Notes under the pieces: model-generated
Told to the model about the DNA's origin: nothing
Database searches by the model: none
Seen by the model: the letters and a program-made list of their open reading frames with translations, nothing else
Shown here: positions 58,100-64,000 of the stretch, in pieces
Position numbering within the stretch: the first letter of the stretch is position 1
How the letters are laid out: every line of letters starts with the position of its first letter
Program-made: the position numbers and the translations under genes
Assembly (NCBI GenBank): GCA_004431415.1
Contig: QPMI01000542.1
Span: 484,373-548,372, forward strand
Direction: 5' to 3'
DNA: 64,000 bases
Origin: Cyanophora paradoxa CCMP329
Lineage: Eukaryota > Plantae > Glaucophyta

Positions 58100-60031
58100 A
58101 TGCCCCGCTTCGTATTCGTGAAGAAGCAGGTGGTGCAGGCCCCGCAGTATGGCGTGGAGCCGATCTCGCTCACGGTGGGCAGGCCCCAGATCCGATCGGG
58201 CTCAGTGCTCAACAATGGGGGCGGTACCTTTGGATTTCAAATGAATTGGGTCGCCGTCACCGACGCCGTCAAGTACAATGTGTATAGGGCACCGAGCCTC
58301 AACGGCACCTGGACGCTGGTGGCCACGGTGAACGCACCCACGCTCACATACACGAACTCGCCCTTTAATTTCGGCGAGCTCCGACTCTACCGGGTGTCCG
58401 CGGTTCGCGAGCAGGGCAGCAGCAGCACGGGCTCCGATGGCAAAACCCCACCCACAACCTACGCACAGTCGCTGCTCTACACCCACGAGGGCGCGAGGAG
58501 CAATTACATTCAATTCCAAGGCATAGGCGGCTCCACGCCCACGATCGAGGCGTACACTGCACTCACGACCGCCACGGCCCAGACCTACGGCGATTTTATT
58601 GCCGGGGGCGGCCCCGCGTCTTCCGGCTTCCCGAAACCCGCCATAGTCGTCACAATCAACTGGGTGGCCATGGGGGGCGCGGACTCGATTCGAATTTACA
58701 AAGATGGTACCCCCATCGGATTCGCGAGCAGCGGACTATCTACCTCGTACATTGACGATAGCACTGCCCTCGCATGGGGTACGGAATACTCCTACCAGGT
58801 GGCCGGCATCGTGGGCGGGGTCGAATACGAAAAGTCCGATCCACTCCCGGTCTGGACGATGCCGAACGCACCCACGAACGTGACGGCGACCGCACCCGAC
58901 GACCAGCAGCAGCCCGTCAGCCTCAGTTGGACCGCTTCCACGGGAGCAACGGGGTACAAGATCTACAGGGACGGGGCCTACCTCATAGACTCCGCGACCA
59001 ACTCCTACAGCGATGCGACCACGATCTGGGGTACAGGGTACGAGTACCAGGTCTCCGCGACGAACTCGGCAGGGGAGGGGCCAAAGAGCGTGGCCGTTTA
59101 CGTCACCACAGATCCGGCGGCACCGGCCTCAATCTCCACTTCACAGCCCTCGTCGGATACTCCCAGCGTTGCCATCACCTGGACACCCCCTGCAATTGGC
59201 GCGGCCACCTCCTACAACGTCTACAGAGGGGGCATGGAAATTGGACACAATGTTACGAGCCCATACACGGACACCACTGCATCGTCCTTTGTGGTTAACA
59301 CATACTATGTGAAGGCCGTCAACATTGTGGGTGAGGAGGGCCCGGCGTCGAATTCGTCGGCTGTCACTCCCACGTCCGCCTCAGCCCCGCCGGTGGCATC
59401 GGGGCTGGTTTTGATGCTGGACGCTTCGGATACAACGACATTTACACTGTCGAGTTCCAATGTCGTCCAGTGGCGGGACAAGAGCCCCAATGGCAACCAC
59501 TTCGGTCAAGTGGCTGGTCACGGGGCCCCTACTCGCACCCTTACTCGCAACGGGCGCTCTGTTGTTTCCTTCAATGGTACCCAGCTGCTGGTCCCGACAG
59601 CTGCCGTTGGGCCATTTAACACCTCTGGTGGGACGTTCATCGTGGTAACAAAACCTACGGGCCCAAGTGGGGGCGCGTACAGAACCATATACGATTCCTC
59701 TCAGGTAGTTCCAATGTTGTGGTACCGCCCTGATACCAAACTCGAGCTCGATACCAACTTGACGGCTATCTCATCGACCTCATTCCTGAACACGTGGCTG
59801 TATTCTTTCCACTCGGTAGGTAGCACGAGTGCTTGGTATTTGCAAGGCACTTACCGATCCGCCTCTGCCACCCCTACCGCAAACTCGATGACATTCTGGC
59901 ACCGTGGCTATGATATCAATACTCGTTACATAGGTGATATGGCCGAGCTGCTCATCTACGATCGACCACTCGCATCATCGGAGCGTGACCTTATCTTTAG
60001 CTACATTCGATACAAATGGGGATTCACGTAA
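58100..60031 (+). CDS. Fibronectin type III repeat protein with C-terminal LamG/ConA-like domain (putative fibre/adhesin)
   Basis: About four FN3-like units (W..VTDAVKYNVYR, LSWTASTGATGYKIYRDG, YQVSATNSAGEGPKS); GLVLMLDASD...VVQWRDKS.NGNH...GDMAELLIYDRPL. Confidence 0.85.
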   Translation: MPRFVFVKKQVVQAPQYGVEPISLTVGRPQIRSGSVLNNGGGTFGFQMNWVAVTDAVKYNVYRAPSLNGTWTLVATVNAPTLTYTNSPFNFGELRLYRVSAVREQGSSSTGSDGKTPPTTYAQSLLYTHEGARSNYIQFQGIGGSTPTIEAYTALTTATAQTYGDFIAGGGPASSGFPKPAIVVTINWVAMGGADSIRIYKDGTPIGFASSGLSTSYIDDSTALAWGTEYSYQVAGIVGGVEYEKSDPLPVWTMPNAPTNVTATAPDDQQQPVSLSWTASTGATGYKIYRDGAYLIDSATNSYSDATTIWGTGYEYQVSATNSAGEGPKSVAVYVTTDPAAPASISTSQPSSDTPSVAITWTPPAIGAATSYNVYRGGMEIGHNVTSPYTDTTASSFVVNTYYVKAVNIVGEEGPASNSSAVTPTSASAPPVASGLVLMLDASDTTTFTLSSSNVVQWRDKSPNGNHFGQVAGHGAPTRTLTRNGRSVVSFNGTQLLVPTAAVGPFNTSGGTFIVVTKPTGPSGGAYRTIYDSSQVVPMLWYRPDTKLELDTNLTAISSTSFLNTWLYSFHSVGSTSAWYLQGTYRSASATPTANSMTFWHRGYDINTRYIGDMAELLIYDRPLASSERDLIFSYIRYKWGFT

Positions 60032-60034
60032 CTG

Positions 60035-60841
60035 TTATGCAGGATTGACAAGCTCTCCTGTGAAGCAACTGTAGTTTCCGCCATGCAAGGCGCCACCACT
60101 TCTCAGGTGCAAAGATACTGTCTGTCCTTGTGGAACGTAAACGATAGTATTGATGCTCAACGGTTTGTACGATTGCGGTAAATCCGGATCTGCATCTGAG
60201 GTAGCTGTGGCCACAATAGCAGAACCCACCACGAGATCCACAAATGTGCGAATGGAAGAGATATCGGTAATTCCTGTGTATGTATACCGATAATACCCGG
60301 TGACGGGGCACGTAAAGTCACCGGTGGAGGGGTTCCACGAGGTCGACGAAGCATTGTTTGTCCAGTTTGTGAGTTTTACACCTGTACTCGTGCTCAGTGC
60401 ACCCCCAAGCACGGCACAGAAGAAGGGTTTTTGGACGCCGTACAGGTATCCGCCTTGAATGACCACATTTCCGTTCACTCTCAACCCCCCAACCACATTT
60501 GCACCCCCTCCCTGCACGTACATCGCCGCGTTCCCCTCTCCATCAGCACTCCCGTTAAAGGTCAGAGCATTCGTAGTGTACCCGCTCCCGTCCCAGGCCC
60601 CGTTCGTGACCGTGAGCCTCTGCGTCTTCACGCGCCCGGCACGGCCGACCCACCCTCCGCGTGCGCATCTTATCGCAGCGCAGCTCGCCGACGCGGACGA
60701 GGTCGGCCTCGGAGAAGGGGACGGCCGTGGCATTGTAGGGGTTTCGGTGGTCTGGTAGCCGAGGATCGTCTCTTTAATCGTGTGATCCTTGACATGGTTC
60801 ACACTTGCCGCGTAGGTGAATAGAGGAACGGCGACGGACAT
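60035..60841 (-). CDS. Fibre-like protein with C-terminal C1q/TNF-like domain
   Basis: KPFFCA...WNPSTGDFTCPVTGYYRYT...GQTVSL...FTGELV follows the C1q pattern; GGLRVNGNVVIQG is a fibre-like beta repeat. Confidence 0.75.
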   Translation of the reverse strand: MSVAVPLFTYAASVNHVKDHTIKETILGYQTTETPTMPRPSPSPRPTSSASASCAAIRCARGGWVGRAGRVKTQRLTVTNGAWDGSGYTTNALTFNGSADGEGNAAMYVQGGGANVVGGLRVNGNVVIQGGYLYGVQKPFFCAVLGGALSTSTGVKLTNWTNNASSTSWNPSTGDFTCPVTGYYRYTYTGITDISSIRTFVDLVVGSAIVATATSDADPDLPQSYKPLSINTIVYVPQGQTVSLHLRSGGALHGGNYSCFTGELVNPA

Positions 60842-60870
60842 TTTTACAGGGGCTGAGAAAAATCAAGCGG

Positions 60871-63800
60871 CTATTGTCCGGTGGCCTGCCAGTGCAGGGT
60901 CACATTTATTCCGCCGGTGCCTGGATCCGTGTAATCGTAGTCGCTGTACACTTTGTAATAGACGCTAAAGGTGGAGAGGCCAAGGTAATCGAAATATCCT
61001 TCACCTCTGTCCCCCTGTCCGTGTTGAAACGAAAACGTTACAGTGGGCTCGCTTGTGTATGAGGTACCGAAGATGATTGTCTCCGTGTAGCTGTTCCATC
61101 CCACGGCGGGGTAGCGGGTCGTGGTTTTTTTCCCGTGTTGAACATATGCATTCGGGTTGCACTCTTGCGCTGAAACGACTCGGTGCACCTTCTGAGCATC
61201 GCCTGTGCTCCTCACGTAAACGTTCCTAAAGATCGCGTCGCCCTTGCACTGCTCCGCAAAGACGGGGTACGTTACGTTCTGCTCAAAGTTCGTCAACGTG
61301 CTGTCAGCGGCCCATGCGTACGTTGCACTGTGCACGTAATCTCTCCACCCCGTTGGCTCAAAGGCCGTCCGAACGTCGTACGTGCATGCGTATCCGTCTC
61401 CAACGCGCAAAGTGGTGAGACAGTTGATGTGATTCGCCGTGAAGGGGTCTAAGGAGGTTGCGAGCGCATACTGGCTGTGGCTGTGGGTGAAGGGGGCGTA
61501 TACCCCTCGTGATTGTGCCCGCCGTCGCGTACACGCCTTCGTGGTTGTGGGTCGAGAGGGCGTACCCTGACAGGTCGGGCGCCCCCGCCAGTCCCTTATC
61601 TCTGAGAGCGAGTGCGTGTGCCCCTGCCGCTCAAATCTGCAAAGGCACCAGTGTACGCAACCGTCGCAAGGCGGGGCTGTACTACACCCACGGTGCTGAC
61701 GGGCTGCGCCACGGGGTACTCGAGCTGCGCTGCGTTTACTTCCGCTGGCTTCCCCGTGATGCTATCCACGCCCACGTGGTTGGCACCGTCGGTATCGTCG
61801 GCTTCCCTTTTAAGTCTCCGTACTCACCTGTGTGCGCCACCGTCGCCAGCTGTGGTCCGATCACGCCCACGGTGCTTACCGCCTGGCTCGCCCCGGCGCC
61901 ATGTGCCACTCGTAGTTCTGCGCCGCAAACACGGGCTGCAGGCCGAGGGTGCCCAGTACTCGACGCCTTGGCCACCTCTTTCCTGTACGGCGCCGCGGGC
62001 CTGTCCATCAATTTATCGACGTACGCCTTGGGTACCAGCCAGTTTGCCTTGGGGCTCTGCGAATTAATCCCGTTGTCTATGAAGGCGCCGTAGTTCCTGA
62101 ATGCCTCGGCCTCCCACCAATCCTGCATGCGGAAGGTACCGGGGATTTCGAGGCGCGAGTTGGCGTCGGCCAGGCGGGCCACCTGCGCCCCTCCGTTGGA
62201 CGAGACGCCCGAGTGGCGGATGGCCGAGCCGAATTCGCGCCTTAGGGCTTCGATGTGATTGATCTGTTGAGGCCCTCCTGGTAGACGGCAATTAATACGC
62301 GCTTCCTCCCTTGGTCTCCTCTTCACCATCTGCTTTAAATCGCGCATCAGCCGACTCAGGGCGAGCGAGGTCGACCCGAATCCCTCCTGCATTTTAACGG
62401 TGAGCTGGGAGAGGAAGAGCACGGTCGCGCGATCGATTTCGAGCAGAGTCTTCTGGTCCTTGGGGGTACGGTAATCGTTGATGCTGTTATCGAGCGCGCG
62501 AATGAAGGCCTGCAGCTCCTTCGGCTCCTTTATTTCGTTTAACCGCAGCTCCTGGGCCAAGAGCGAGGCCATTTCGCGCGCCTCCGAGGGGTCGTACACC
62601 CCCAAAAATCCGGAGCCCAGCTCGCCCTCTAGCCTATTAATTCGGTTGCGCAGCTGGCTCGCCTCGTCGCCCCACGTCTCGACGCCCCAGTCGTAGATCT
62701 GCTGCGAGAGCTGCGCAATGAACTGGATGGTGTCGGCCGCCCAGTCGACGGGGTACTTGAAAAAGTTCTTCACGATCTCTTCCGCGCTGCGCCCGTTGAT
62801 GATATCTACGATCACCTGCGCGATGGCGCCCGCGAGGATGGACAGGCCAAGTCCGCCCACCGTGCCGATCCTCATTTTCGTGAGGGCGCTCAGGGCGGAC
62901 GACATGCCGTCTGCAGGCCAAAGGAGCCGACCGTCATGATCATCTGATCGCGGAACGTATCGAAGAACTCCGCCTCCCCTATCTTGCCCTGCGAGAGCGC
63001 CTGGTAGGCCGAGAGCAGACCCCCCGCCGTCGCCAGTCCAAGGCCCGCCGCCGCCGCGCCCGCCCGCCGCATGGCCCGCGAGCCCGTACCCCCCAGCCCG
63101 GCGCCCACCAAATCGATACCCGCCCCTTGAAATAAATCGGCTGCCCCGAAAGACATGCCATCGTTGTTCGCCGTACCCGCCGCCGAGAAGAGCGTCTCGG
63201 CGCTGAGGGCCTCCTTTGCCACCCCGGGCCGCCTTGCCCTCGGACGCCCCAGGAAGGCGTCGCGCTGCTCTTTGGTGGTGAATCGCTCGAGGTCGAAATC
63301 GGCGAGGGCGTCGGCGGTGGCGCGGTTCCAGTCGCCGTAGGGCATGAGGGCGTTGCGCAAAATAACGTCCGAGTCGCCCATCACGCGCCTGTCGAGCGTC
63401 TGGAATACGCCCTCGGAGGGCAGGCGAGCTGTGCCCGGGCGCATTTCCTCTACGGAAACGTCGTCCCTTTCCGCGAGGGTGATGTCGTCCGGGCTGGCCG
63501 AGCCCACGCCCGCGCCCTCGTCGGCGTAGGCCCTTCCCTCCTTTTTAACAGTTGATTGGCCTCCCGTTTCAATGCTTGGTACTCTGTCTCTACCTTGGTC
63601 TTTCTTGCCTCTTCCTCTGCGCCTTGCGCTCTGCGATCTTCCGCCTCTGCTCTTCTATCTCGGCGTTGCGTCTCGCCGCGTTCTCCTTGGCTTGCTGCTT
63701 CCGCTCTTCGATCACCTGTTTGCGTACTCCTTGTCCGCTTGGGCCTTTCTGTAGCGCTCCTCGATCTGACTCTTGGCCTCGTTCTCCTCTCTTCCTTAGT

Positions 63801-64000
63801 TCGCCTAGGAACGCCGTTGTATCTAGGTAAAGCTTGTATTTGGCGGTGGATGCTCACGTTTAAAGGCCTCCAGATCGCGCACCATGGCGTCGTACTGTGC
63901 AAGCCCTCCGCTGGAATGACGGCTCTTCGCTTTTCCCAAAACTTGCTCAGCTTCTCCACGTAATTGATCATGCCGACGTACGCGTCCTGTGCGCCGATGC
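60871..64000 (-). CDS. Large frameshifted fibre/structural gene(s): coiled-coil and helical N-terminal part, tail-fibre repeats, C-terminal lectin-like beta domain
   Basis: Abutting ORFs 63450-63971, 62890-63507, 61736-62905 and 60871-61410; LATVAHTGEYGDLKGKP repeated as LATVAYTGAFADLSG; HTH/HNH/HSH repeats appear across single-base shifts; ends ITFGTSY-like..PTV...LHWQATG. Confidence 0.6.

Larger units (their letters stand above)
53457..64000. mobile_element. Endogenous dsDNA virus-like element (Polinton-like virus/virophage-grade candidate), left part only
   Basis: Abrupt switch to intronless, tightly packed ORFs and lower GC; HNH, FN3/LamG, C1q-like and HxH fibre genes; repeat-rich left end. 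No capsid, packaging ATPase, polymerase or integrase was recognisable in the window, and the boundary is approximate. Confidence 0.72.

Noticed and set aside
61500-63560. Programmed ribosomal frameshifting in the fibre gene
   Set aside because: Too many shifts and no consistent slippery heptamer; indel decay or sequencing error is simpler.
1-64000. tRNA, rRNA or other structured RNA genes
   Set aside because: None recognisable by eye; a covariance-model search would be needed to exclude small ncRNAs.

Overview
GC-rich, intron-dense eukaryotic nuclear DNA with short GT-AG and frequent GC-AG introns and CTGAY branch points. The TPI transit peptide style suggests a glaucophyte such as Cyanophora (inference only). 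Left to right: the end of an IQ-motif gene; an FSP1/AIFM2-like oxidoreductase; a ~10 kb tandem segmental duplication carrying two NLR-like STAND genes (NACHT-like NTPase, pentapeptide repeats, WD40), each tail-to-tail with condensin CAP-D2 sequence (one truncated, one full length); plastid-targeted TPI; a degenerate PI-PLC; a TKL kinase with an SH2-like tail; palindromic filler DNA; a 5'-truncated poly(A) retro-insertion with a TSD; and a secreted-protein gene interrupted from ~53.46 kb by an intronless virus-like element that runs off the window. Two systems stand out. (1) The NLR pair: every WD40 repeat is its own phase-0 exon (17 and 14 cassettes), variable only at propeller-face positions and visibly recombined, and the N-terminal effector (TIR vs helical ARM-like) is swapped at a shared splice acceptor. 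(2) The endogenous virus-like element, with fibre/adhesin genes, two tandem paralogous beta-rich proteins, a shared TTTTC-N-AAAATG start motif and inverted (GGGACTT)n arrays. Exon coordinates were read by eye, no database searches were possible, and family assignments rest on recognised motifs.
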